From: Erysipelotrichaceae bacterium
Lineage (GTDB): Bacteria > Bacillota_I > Bacilli_A > Erysipelotrichales > Erysipelotrichaceae
Length of the DNA stretch: 64,000 nt
Reading direction: 5' to 3'
NCBI GenBank assembly: GCA_017431825.1
Contig: JAFRKI010000002.1
Coordinates: 155,863 to 219,862, forward strand
Part shown: positions 27,692-36,217 of the stretch, in pieces
How the letters are laid out: each line of letters begins with the position of its first letter
Numbering within the stretch: position 1 is the first letter of the stretch
Made by a program: the position numbers and the translations under genes
The notes under the pieces: model-generated
Database searches by the model: none
Told to the model about the DNA's origin: nothing
The model's input: only the letters and a program-made list of their open reading frames with translations

Positions 27692-29578
27692 CTACTGTTT
27701 AGATACTGCACCGACTTTACATACGGACATACAGTTACCGCACTTGACGCAGTTAAGCGGATCGATATGGTAAGAAGCGAGCTTATGTCCAGGTGCAACA
27801 TAATCGGTCTGGGAAATAGTACTGGTCGGACAGTTCTTGGCACACATGCCACAGCCGATACATTTTTCCTTGTCGATAACATATTCCATCAGGTTCTTAC
27901 ATACATGAGCCGGACACTTCTTGTCGACGATATGAGCTACATATTCGTCTCTGAAGTGAGCCAGTGTCGAAAGGACCGGATTAGGAGCAGTCTGACCCAG
28001 ACCGCATAAGGAGTTGGTCTTGATCTTGGCAGCCAGATCCTCGAGTTCGTCGAGGTCTTCCATCGTGCCGTTGCCGTCGGTGATCTTGGTCAGCAGTTCC
28101 AGCATTCTCTTGGTACCGATACGGCATGGAGAGCACTTGCCGCAGGATTCATCGCAGATGAAGTCCAGATAGAACTTGGCTACGTCGACCATACAGTTGT
28201 CTTCGTCCATGACGATGGCACCGCCGGAGCCCATCATTGAGCCTCTGGCTACCAGGTTATCGTAATCGATCTCGGCATCCAGATCTTCGGCAGTCAGACA
28301 GCCGCCGGAAGGTCCGCCGGTCTGAATGGCTTTGAACTTCTTGCCGTTAGGGATACCGCCGCCGATATCATAAATGAGTTCCTTGAGGGTAGTACCCATA
28401 GGTACTTCCACAAGGCCGACATTGGTGATCTTACCGCCCAGAGCGAAGACCTTGGTACCCTTTGATTTTTCAGTACCCAGTTTCGCAAAGGCAGCAGCAC
28501 CTTCTCTGAGGACATATGGAACACAGGCGAGCGTTTCAACGTTGTTGACAACGGTAGGTCTGCCCCATAAACCGCTGACAGCCGGGAATGGAGGTCTAGG
28601 TCTAGGCATACCGCGCTTGCCTTCGATGGAGTTCAGTAATGCAGTCTCTTCGCCGCAGACGAAGGCACCGGCACCTAAACGCAGATTGATACGGAAATTG
28701 AAGCCCGTACCCAGGATATTGTCACCTAAGAGGCCCATTTCTTCAGCCTGCTTGATGGCATTCTTAAGCCTCTGTACAGCTACCGGATATTCAGCTCTTA
28801 CATAGAAGTAACCGGCACTGGCACCGATGGCGTAACCGCCGATCATCATACCTTCGATAACGGCCAGCGGATTGCCTTCCAGTACGGATCTGTCCATGAA
28901 TGCACCAGGGTCGCCTTCATCACCGTTACAGACGATGTACTTGTCACCCTCTACATCAGGAACGAATGACCATTTTCTTCCGGTAGGGAAGCCGGCACCG
29001 CCTCTTCCTCTGAGTCCGGAATCCAGGACTTCCTGGATGACTTCTTTTCTGCCCATCGAAAGAGCTCTGACGAAGCCTTTGAATGCACCGGCTCCGATGG
29101 CTTCTTCGATGTTTTCAGGATCGATGACGCCGCAGTTGTTCAGGGCGATCTTTTCCTGTTTCTTATAGAAAGGGATCTCGCTTTCCTTCTTGATCTTTTT
29201 GTTGGCAGCCGGATCGACATAGAGCAGTCTCTCTACGATCTCACCGCCGATGATATCCTTTTCGATGATCTCTCTGGCATCTTCAGGCTTGACTAAAGTG
29301 TAAAGAGTATCGTCAGGATAGATCTTGGCGAAAGGGCCCGATGAACAAAGACCGAAACAGCCGCCTAAATCGACCGTTACCTTGTCTAAGAGATCCTTTT
29401 CCTTAAGGACGTCCAGCATGTTGGCTTTGATCTGCTCGGAATTGGCTGATGCACAGGCACCGCCGCCGCAGATAACGATGTGTTTCTTGCCGTCAGAGCC
29501 GTCTATCTTGGCTTTAAAGCAGCCGGCACACTTGGCGCTTAACTGCTGTAAATCTTCTACTGTTTTAAGAAAATCCAT
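27692..29578 (-). CDS. hydB: NuoF-like flavoprotein subunit of bifurcating-type hydrogenase
   Basis: 628 aa. GRGGAGFPTG FMN/NADH module, an N-terminal thioredoxin-like 2Fe-2S region, and a C-terminal 2x[4Fe-4S] region (CIGCGMCAKNCP, CVKCGNCMSVC). Confidence 0.85.
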   Translation of the reverse strand: MDFLKTVEDLQQLSAKCAGCFKAKIDGSDGKKHIVICGGGACASANSEQIKANMLDVLKEKDLLDKVTVDLGGCFGLCSSGPFAKIYPDDTLYTLVKPEDAREIIEKDIIGGEIVERLLYVDPAANKKIKKESEIPFYKKQEKIALNNCGVIDPENIEEAIGAGAFKGFVRALSMGRKEVIQEVLDSGLRGRGGAGFPTGRKWSFVPDVEGDKYIVCNGDEGDPGAFMDRSVLEGNPLAVIEGMMIGGYAIGASAGYFYVRAEYPVAVQRLKNAIKQAEEMGLLGDNILGTGFNFRINLRLGAGAFVCGEETALLNSIEGKRGMPRPRPPFPAVSGLWGRPTVVNNVETLACVPYVLREGAAAFAKLGTEKSKGTKVFALGGKITNVGLVEVPMGTTLKELIYDIGGGIPNGKKFKAIQTGGPSGGCLTAEDLDAEIDYDNLVARGSMMGSGGAIVMDEDNCMVDVAKFYLDFICDESCGKCSPCRIGTKRMLELLTKITDGNGTMEDLDELEDLAAKIKTNSLCGLGQTAPNPVLSTLAHFRDEYVAHIVDKKCPAHVCKNLMEYVIDKEKCIGCGMCAKNCPTSTISQTDYVAPGHKLASYHIDPLNCVKCGNCMSVCKVGAVSKQ

Positions 29579-30060
29579 TAGTTGGCTCCTTTCTGGTACT
29601 TCTCGACTATACCTTTGACTTCATCAACCTTTACCTTGGAATAGACGGTACCGTTGATGGTTACGGCCGGTGCAACCGAACAGGCACCGATACATCTTAA
29701 GGCATCGATGGTGAATAAGCCGTCATCAGTGGTTTCTCCGGCTTTGATACCTAAGATCTCTGAGAATTTGTCGATTACTTGTTGAGCACCCTTAACGTAG
29801 CAGGCAGTACCCAGGCAGCATCCTATTACGTATTTTCCCTTCGGTTTTAAGGAGAAGAATGAATAGAATGTGACGACACCGTAGATCTCAGCTACGGATA
29901 TGCCGGTTTTTTCAGAAACTAATTCCTGGACTTCCAGAGGAATGTAACCGTATTCCTTCTGAATGTCACTCAGAATCATGACCAGCGGCGTATTTTCGTT
30001 TTTGTAGCGATCGCAGATCTCTTCGATCTGTTTTACAGCCGCCTCATTTAAATGAGCCAT
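29578..30060 (-). CDS. hydC: NuoE-like 2Fe-2S subunit of the hydrogenase
   Basis: 160 aa. Cys pattern CLGTAC...CIGAC, typical of NuoE/HndA. Overlaps hydB by 1 nt. Confidence 0.85.
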   Translation of the reverse strand: MAHLNEAAVKQIEEICDRYKNENTPLVMILSDIQKEYGYIPLEVQELVSEKTGISVAEIYGVVTFYSFFSLKPKGKYVIGCCLGTACYVKGAQQVIDKFSEILGIKAGETTDDGLFTIDALRCIGACSVAPAVTINGTVYSKVKVDEVKGIVEKYQKGAN

Positions 30061-30094
30061 ACATTAGACCTCCTTATCTAAAACTCATTTACGC

Positions 30095-30112
30095 TTAATG
30101 TGGGCACATTAA
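30095..30112. promoter_or_regulatory. Perfect palindrome upstream of hydC (candidate operator)
   Basis: TTAATGTG-GG-CACATTAA, with 8-bp arms, 35-52 nt upstream of the hydC ATG. Confidence 0.35.
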
Positions 30113-30221
30113 AAACGTATAAAACCGCTATTATTATAACATATCTAAATAGCCCTAAAAATATGAAATAACAGATATTTAGTCTATTAAACCGTAAAAC
30201 TTTTGATATAATTCAAGTGTT

Positions 30222-31703
30222 ATGCGTGAGATCGGCTTCGACTTAAACAAGTACATAAAGCTGCAGTCCCAGAACATCTCCAAGAGAGTTTCCAGGTTTT
30301 CCAAACTCTACATCGAATTCGGGGGCAAACTCTTTGACGACAATCACGCTTCCCGTGTCCTGCCGGGTTTCGCGCCTGATTCCAAGATAAAGATGCTTCT
30401 CAACATCAAGGATCAGGTCGAAATGATGCTGGTAATAAATGCCAATGACATCGAAAAGAACAAGACCAGGTCTGATCTGGGCATCACCTATTCCCAGGAT
30501 CTGTTCAGACTGATCGATGCTTTCGTGCTGGCCGGCCTTGATATCGGCGGAGTCGTCATCACCCACTACAACAAGCAGGAAGAGGCCAAAAAGCTCAAGA
30601 AGAAGCTTGAATCCTCCAAGATAAAGGTTGCCTATCATTATCCTATCGACAATTATCCTAATGATATCGAAAAGATACTCAGCGATAAGGGTTTCGGCAG
30701 GAACGAATACATTGAAACATCCAAGCCGATAGTAGTCGTAACGGCTCCGGGTCCCGGTTCCGGCAAGATGGCTACCTGCCTTTCCCAGATGTATCATGAC
30801 AATCAAAGAGGCATCAAATCCGGCTATGCCAAGTTTGAGACCTTCCCGATCTGGAACATCCCTCTTAATCATCCTATCAACCTGGCTTATGAAGCCGCTA
30901 CGGCTGATCTCAATGACGTCAATATGATCGACCCGTTCCATCTGGAAGCCTATGAGAAGATCGCCATCAACTATAACCGTGACGTCGAGGTCTTCCCGGT
31001 CCTTAATGAGCTTCTGATGAAGATCATGGGCAGGAAGATCTACAACTCTCCTACTGACATGGGCGTAAATATGGTCGGCATGTGCATCAAGGACGATGAA
31101 GTCTGTGCCAGAGCCGCCAAGCAGGAGATAATCAGAAGATACTACGATGCCCTGGTGGATTTCCGTAAGGACAAGATCCCGGAGGATATCATAATCAAGC
31201 TCGATACCATCATGGCGAAAGCCGATATAACCAAGGATGACAGACCGGTGGTGGCTGCCGCCAATAAACTGGCTGCGGAAACCAAGGAACCGGCCGTCGC
31301 CATCGAACTCAACGACGGTACCATCGTTACCGGTAAGACTTCCAAGCTTATGGGCTCTTCCAGTGCCGCCCTGCTCAATGCGGCCAAGATAGCTGCCGGT
31401 GTCGATGACATCAAGATCCTTAATTCCGACATCCTGGCTCCGATCCAGGAGCTTAAGACCAGACATCTTAAGGGCAATAACCCTCGTTTACATACCGATG
31501 AGACCCTGATCGCTCTGGCGATCTCATCGCAGGATGACGAAAACGCCAAAAAGACCATGGATGCCTTATATGATCTGGAAGGCTGTGAAGTCCATTCCAG
31601 TGTTATCTTATCTGAAGTCGACTGCAACACATTTAAAAAGCTAGGCATGCACCTAACTCAGGAAGCGGTTTATCAGACCAAGAAGCTCTATCACAACAGG
31701 TAG
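30222..31703 (+). CDS. UPF0371 / DUF1846 family protein
   Basis: 493 aa. N-terminus GFDLNKYIKLQS..KLYIEFGGKLFDDNHASRVLPGF is characteristic of this family. Confidence 0.75.
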   Translation: MREIGFDLNKYIKLQSQNISKRVSRFSKLYIEFGGKLFDDNHASRVLPGFAPDSKIKMLLNIKDQVEMMLVINANDIEKNKTRSDLGITYSQDLFRLIDAFVLAGLDIGGVVITHYNKQEEAKKLKKKLESSKIKVAYHYPIDNYPNDIEKILSDKGFGRNEYIETSKPIVVVTAPGPGSGKMATCLSQMYHDNQRGIKSGYAKFETFPIWNIPLNHPINLAYEAATADLNDVNMIDPFHLEAYEKIAINYNRDVEVFPVLNELLMKIMGRKIYNSPTDMGVNMVGMCIKDDEVCARAAKQEIIRRYYDALVDFRKDKIPEDIIIKLDTIMAKADITKDDRPVVAAANKLAAETKEPAVAIELNDGTIVTGKTSKLMGSSSAALLNAAKIAAGVDDIKILNSDILAPIQELKTRHLKGNNPRLHTDETLIALAISSQDDENAKKTMDALYDLEGCEVHSSVILSEVDCNTFKKLGMHLTQEAVYQTKKLYHNR

Positions 31704-32320
31704 TCTTTCCTGCAGATCTTCTTAAAAGGACAGTCTGTACAGTCAGGCTTTACAGCCTTGCATTTATATCTGCCGAAGAATATGAACTGATGATGAAGTT
31801 TCCCCCAGTGATCCTCAGGGAAATAAGCCATCAGTTTTTCTTCGATCTCTTTTACGTCATCATCCTTATCCGCAATGCCCAGTCTCCTGGATACCCGTGA
31901 GACATGGGTATCGACCGCAAAGGCCGGATAGTCGAAACAGTTGTTGAGGATGATGTTGGCGGTCTTGCGTCCAACTCCTGGTAAAGTTTCCAGGCTTTCC
32001 CGGTCATCAGGTACCCTGCCTTTATGCCTGTCTGCAAGCATTTTTGATGCTTCGACGATGTTACGAGCCTTGTTCTTATAGATACCGATAGGCTTGATGA
32101 TCTCTTCGACATCTTTCAGATCAGCTTTAGCCAGAGCGTTTGTGTTCTTATACTTTTTAAAAAGCGCCGGCGTTACCGAATTGACTCTTTCGTCGGTCGT
32201 CTGGGCACTTAAGATGACAGCGATCAGCAGTTCAAAATGCGAGCGGTGATCAAGCTCGCAATGGGCATCGGGATAGAGTTTTTCCAGTCCGTCTATGATA
32301 AGCTTACTGTTTGTTTTCAT
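31691..32320 (-). CDS. nth: Endonuclease III
   Basis: I place the start at ATG 32320 (MKTNSKLI..), overlapping the dnaD end. HhH-GPD motif LPGVGRKTA and Fe-S cluster CKAVKPDCTDCPFKKIC. The 3' end overlaps the convergent DUF1846 gene by 13 nt. Confidence 0.88.
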   Translation of the reverse strand: MKTNSKLIIDGLEKLYPDAHCELDHRSHFELLIAVILSAQTTDERVNSVTPALFKKYKNTNALAKADLKDVEEIIKPIGIYKNKARNIVEASKMLADRHKGRVPDDRESLETLPGVGRKTANIILNNCFDYPAFAVDTHVSRVSRRLGIADKDDDVKEIEEKLMAYFPEDHWGKLHHQFIFFGRYKCKAVKPDCTDCPFKKICRKDYLL

Positions 32321-32807
32321 TGCGGAGTATTCCTTCGACATAATCCAACGAAGTCTTGCGGTAGGCTTCGGCCGTCCTGATCGCATCGATTATCCTATTC
32401 TCATCGTATTTATCCAGCAGTTCGTTGATCTTCTGCAGCTGGGCGGGCGTAAGCGGCTTGTTTACCAGTTCCTCCGCAATATCGTAAATATTCTTGTTTT
32501 CTATGACTTCGTACTTTTCCGGATCGAATTCAAAGATATTGTCGAAATCGAAACTGATGCCTTTTTCATTGGTATTGATGGAAAGATAATGCTTGCCTAC
32601 AAGTCCGGAAAGTATCTTATCCAAAGCTCTGGTGTCGATACCCAGTTTTGAACAGAGAAAATCATAGTTGATCTTCTTCTTCGTGTCCTTGGCATAATCG
32701 ATCAGAAGGATCAGCATGGCCTCTTCGGCGCTGAGATTGAGCTTGTCAAAGTTTTCGATTATCCATATCTTCCGGTCAAAATAAGCCTGTTTATACCACT
32801 TTTTCAT
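32304..32807 (-). CDS. dnaD: DnaD-domain replication initiation/primosome protein
   Basis: 167 aa. C-terminal DnaD-like repeat (LTPAQLQKINELL...IDAIRTAE) and the conserved dnaD-nth synteny of Bacillota. Confidence 0.65.
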   Translation of the reverse strand: MKKWYKQAYFDRKIWIIENFDKLNLSAEEAMLILLIDYAKDTKKKINYDFLCSKLGIDTRALDKILSGLVGKHYLSINTNEKGISFDFDNIFEFDPEKYEVIENKNIYDIAEELVNKPLTPAQLQKINELLDKYDENRIIDAIRTAEAYRKTSLDYVEGILRNENKQ

Positions 32808-33504
32808 GTTTCCTACCTATGACTAACACCTTTTCATCTTCCACGAAATCTTCGATCATTTCGGTATCAAAACCGCAGTTCTCCATCTTTTCTCTGACCA
32901 TGTTCGGATCGAATATGTTCTGGGTGTGATGTTCTTGTATCATACCATCAGGCGTATAAAAAGTAAAATGCTCATTGAGCGTATTCTCGTCTTTATCCGC
33001 ATTTATGGTCCACTGGTAATATGTATCCTCATCGATCTGCCCTTCTTCGATGTATTCTTCCGCAAATTCGTTTAGTCTTTCCTTATGGTGCATGTCGAAA
33101 ATGAAACGTCCGCCTTCGTTCAGATGACGGTACACGCTTTTGAACATCGTCTCCAGTTCCTCTTCATAGAGGTAATTGATCGAATCTACTATGCATAAGA
33201 CCAGATCGTAGGTCCTGTGAAGCTCGAAATCGATCATGTTGAGCCTGAGATATTCGCCGTCGAAGTTTCTTCCGGCGACTTCGATCATCTCATCGGAAAT
33301 ATCCGAGGCCGTCACTTCATAGCCCTTATCCTTGAGGATCCTGGCCATCACTCCGGATCCGGAAGCCAGTTCCAGACAGGTCTTAAAAGGCTCCTTCTCT
33401 ATGTATTCCAGCCATAAGGAAAAGCCTTCTTCATCACCTAAGAGAAAGTCATAATACCTGGCCAGATATTCATATTCCCTTACTTCTTTATCAGATCTTT
33501 CCAT
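32791..33504 (-). CDS. Class I SAM-dependent methyltransferase (YqeM-like position)
   Basis: 237 aa. SAM motif LELASGSG. Lies downstream of rsfS, as in the Bacillus yqe cluster. Confidence 0.7.
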   Translation of the reverse strand: MERSDKEVREYEYLARYYDFLLGDEEGFSLWLEYIEKEPFKTCLELASGSGVMARILKDKGYEVTASDISDEMIEVAGRNFDGEYLRLNMIDFELHRTYDLVLCIVDSINYLYEEELETMFKSVYRHLNEGGRFIFDMHHKERLNEFAEEYIEEGQIDEDTYYQWTINADKDENTLNEHFTFYTPDGMIQEHHTQNIFDPNMVREKMENCGFDTEMIEDFVEDEKVLVIGRKHEKVV

Positions 33505-33809
33505 AAGCCTTCCAGATCGTACTTTTCTCTTTCGCCGTCATAGAAAATGTGGATTATGATGTCACCCAGATCGATCAGGAACCATTTGGAATCCTTGTTG
33601 CTGTCGATATGCTTTACTTCGATACCTTCCTTAGCACAGTAATCGTCGATATAATCGATCACCGCATTGGCCATGCGTCCGTTCCGTACCGAACCGATCA
33701 GGAAGTAATCCATAAAAGGACTCTTTTCCCTGAAATCAAGAGTCACTATGTCTTCGACCTGTTTTTCGTCCATCAGTCTGATCAGTCTGTCTTTTAATTC
33801 CATCTCCAT
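33480..33809 (-). CDS. rsfS: Ribosome silencing factor
   Basis: 109 aa, iojap/RsfS-like (..DYFLIGSVRN..WFLIDLGDIIIHIF..). Confidence 0.85.
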   Translation of the reverse strand: MEMELKDRLIRLMDEKQVEDIVTLDFREKSPFMDYFLIGSVRNGRMANAVIDYIDDYCAKEGIEVKHIDSNKDSKWFLIDLGDIIIHIFYDGEREKYDLEGLWKDLIKK

Positions 33810-33815
33810 ATCCTT

Positions 33816-34406
33816 TTAATCGTTATCATTGTCTTTGAGATAAGCCTTGAGGGCATCATCCTTATACTCGTGTTTCTCTTTCCATTTGTTTATCAGCGTT
33901 TCCACGGCTTTCTTCAGATCTTTCCTGGCGATAGCCACGACTTCATCGTTTATGCCTCTGTTCGGTTCTCTTTTGTCGGCCACATAAGTGATAAGCGATA
34001 GCTTGTCATTCGATCTCAATACCGTGTGATTGTAGACGGCATTGAGGATATCCTTGTCGTTTATGTGCAGTTTTTCCCTTAGGTAATACTTACCCACATG
34101 GGAATGTTTTACCTTGTCGGGTTCGTCAAGCTTTTCGGGATCGTAGTACTCCAGGTACCTGTTGGTCTCTTCAGGCGGTATCTCCTTGGCCATATCATGA
34201 AGCAGGCCGGTAAGCCAGGCTTTATGGGGATCATAGTGATGGCATAAGGCCAGTTCCTTACAGAGTTCTGCAGTGCCTAACGAATGCCTGAACCTTCTTT
34301 CGGACATGTTGGACCTTACCAGGTCGATCAAAACCTCGTCGTTGTTGAGGATGAAACGGCGCTGCTTGCTGCTTAAAAGATGAAAATTATCTATCGGTTT
34401 GCTCAT
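33816..34406 (-). CDS. yqeK: HD-domain bis(5'-nucleosyl)-tetraphosphatase YqeK
   Basis: 196 aa. HD motif (RHSLGTAE...LLHDMAK) and synteny. Confidence 0.75.
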   Translation of the reverse strand: MSKPIDNFHLLSSKQRRFILNNDEVLIDLVRSNMSERRFRHSLGTAELCKELALCHHYDPHKAWLTGLLHDMAKEIPPEETNRYLEYYDPEKLDEPDKVKHSHVGKYYLREKLHINDKDILNAVYNHTVLRSNDKLSLITYVADKREPNRGINDEVVAIARKDLKKAVETLINKWKEKHEYKDDALKAYLKDNDND

Positions 34407-34690
34407 GGAAGGATGATCTTGTTGTCGGAACTTCTCTTGTAGAAAACGATGGTCCGTCCTATCTGCTGCACCAGTTCGCAGCGGCAGTTGGCACAGATCT
34501 CCACTTCTATCTCATTCAAGGACAGTTCGCATGTTTTAAGTACGTTTACCTTGATGAGTTCATGGACCTTCAGCGCCTCATCGATGCCGGTAAACAGATG
34601 ATCGCTAAGCCCTTCCTTGCCGATCTGAAAAAAGCTCGGAAGACCGTTCGCAAGACTTCTCAGATACCTTCTCTGTTTACCGTTCAGCAT
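34403..34690 (-). CDS. yhbY: YhbY/YqeI CRS1-type RNA-binding protein
   Basis: 95 aa. LNGKQRRYLRSLAN...QIGKEGL is typical of the YhbY family. Confidence 0.85.
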   Translation of the reverse strand: MLNGKQRRYLRSLANGLPSFFQIGKEGLSDHLFTGIDEALKVHELIKVNVLKTCELSLNEIEVEICANCRCELVQQIGRTIVFYKRSSDNKIILP

Positions 34691-35727
34691 TACACGTTCA
34701 CCTCGTTTTTATATACCTTAATTCTATCATTTACTCTGATGTTGACTTCACATTTTCCTTTGATCTTGAATAAGCCAAGACCTTTGATGATGAAGGTATT
34801 GAGCTTATCGATCCTGCAGCGGTTATCCGCAAAAGGCAGCAGTTTCAGCTTAAAGCCGTCCTTGTTTCTTTCCAGATAGTTTTCCGCATTGGCAAGCTTC
34901 GTACGGTGGACCTCGAGATTGTTGTTGATCATGAAGGTGATGCTGCATTCTTCATAAGGCTTCACATCAACGGCTATCAGTCCCTCGATACTGTAGGACT
35001 GACCGTCATACACCTGGAAATTCTGGGCCTTGATCGTCTTTAAAGGCAGGATACTGTTTATCTTCGAATTATCGATATAGGTCAGAACGGATTCCTCATC
35101 GAGCAGACCCGGTGTATCGATGAACGTATATTCGCCGGATCTTATCTCATTGAAACCGATAGTCGTTCCCGGATATACGGAAATGGTCAGATCCTCGTTC
35201 CGGCAGAGCTTGTTTATAAGCGTAGACTTGCCCGCGTTGGTCCTGCCCACGAAAACTGCCTTTTTATATCCCGACTCTTCAAGGATCTCGAAGAATAGAT
35301 CGCTGAAAGTATGATCGCCCTTCTGGGTCAGAACGCATTCGATGTTTTCATCATCCTTATAGGCTTTCAGCGTATCGGCGTATATCTCATTGATCTTGGC
35401 TTCCGTTATGTTTCTAGGAAGCAGATCGGTCTTGTTTATTGCCAGAAGGACCCTGCGGTCTTTAAAATGATCGAGCAGCCTGTCCTGATCCAGTATCATC
35501 CCGTCAAAGACATCGACGATCAGCACGAACAGAGCATCCTTTACTTCCTTATAGTATTCGATGACTTCCTTATTGTCCTTCAGGTTCTTCTTAAGACCGC
35601 TGATATCCCCGTAATGGGTCAGCCGGAAACAGCGCTGACAGTATTCAAAAGACTCATCCGGTGCATATCCGGGTTTATCCCTGTCTTCGTACTGGAGTAT
35701 TGCTCCGCAGCCCTTACACTTTCTCAT
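34690..35727 (-). CDS. yqeH: Circularly permuted ribosome-biogenesis GTPase YqeH
   Basis: 345 aa. N-terminal zinc ribbon CKGCGAILQ...CQRC, and permuted G motifs (NKTDLL ... GRTNAGKST). Confidence 0.85.
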   Translation of the reverse strand: MRKCKGCGAILQYEDRDKPGYAPDESFEYCQRCFRLTHYGDISGLKKNLKDNKEVIEYYKEVKDALFVLIVDVFDGMILDQDRLLDHFKDRRVLLAINKTDLLPRNITEAKINEIYADTLKAYKDDENIECVLTQKGDHTFSDLFFEILEESGYKKAVFVGRTNAGKSTLINKLCRNEDLTISVYPGTTIGFNEIRSGEYTFIDTPGLLDEESVLTYIDNSKINSILPLKTIKAQNFQVYDGQSYSIEGLIAVDVKPYEECSITFMINNNLEVHRTKLANAENYLERNKDGFKLKLLPFADNRCRIDKLNTFIIKGLGLFKIKGKCEVNIRVNDRIKVYKNEVNV

Positions 35728-36217
35728 GGAGTATGTGTCTGAAAACGAACCTTTCTATTCTTCGGTTGAAGGAAGTTATCCTGCTGTCGGATTCCACTAT
35801 CGGTCTTACGTATATGGTATGAACACCGGCACCGTTGCCGCCCAGGATATCGGTAAGAAGCTGATCGCCCATACAGATGACTTCATTTCTCCTGATCTTA
35901 TAGTCTCTGATGGCCTTATTGAACTTGAAAGGTAGCGGCTTCATGCACCAGCAGTAGTATTCGCAATTCAGAGACCTGGCTACTTTCCCCACTCTTTCAT
36001 CGGTATTGTTGGAAAAGACGATGACCTTGAAACCGGCTTCCTTGAGCTTTCTTACGAATTCCTTTCCTTCATCATCGGGTATCTTCTGATAATGAGGGGT
36101 TATGGTATTGTCCACATCCAAAAGGATGACCGAATAGCCTTCGGATCTTTTGCCTTCCATGTCAAAATCCTGGTATCTTTCCAGTCGTTCGTCAGGTCTG
36201 AATATGTTCATAGTCAT
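35714..36217 (-). CDS. yqeG: YqeG-family HAD phosphatase
   Basis: 167 aa. HAD motif I LLDVDNT, plus synteny. Confidence 0.8.
   Translation of the reverse strand: MTMNIFRPDERLERYQDFDMEGKRSEGYSVILLDVDNTITPHYQKIPDDEGKEFVRKLKEAGFKVIVFSNNTDERVGKVARSLNCEYYCWCMKPLPFKFNKAIRDYKIRRNEVICMGDQLLTDILGGNGAGVHTIYVRPIVESDSRITSFNRRIERFVFRHILHEKV

Noticed and set aside
30095-30112. The hyd-upstream palindrome as a Rex operator.
   Set aside because: The half-sites TGTG/CACA are separated by 2 nt, not the roughly 6-nt spacing of the TTGTGAA-N6-TTCACAA-type Rex box as I remember it. It is kept only as an unassigned operator candidate.
30243-31466. A 407-aa minus-strand ORF, the longest unexplained ORF in the track.
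   Set aside because: It is fully nested antisense to the DUF1846/UPF0371 gene, whose N-terminal family signature is clear. The antisense product has no motifs or start context. It is most likely a frame kept open by the codon bias of the sense gene.
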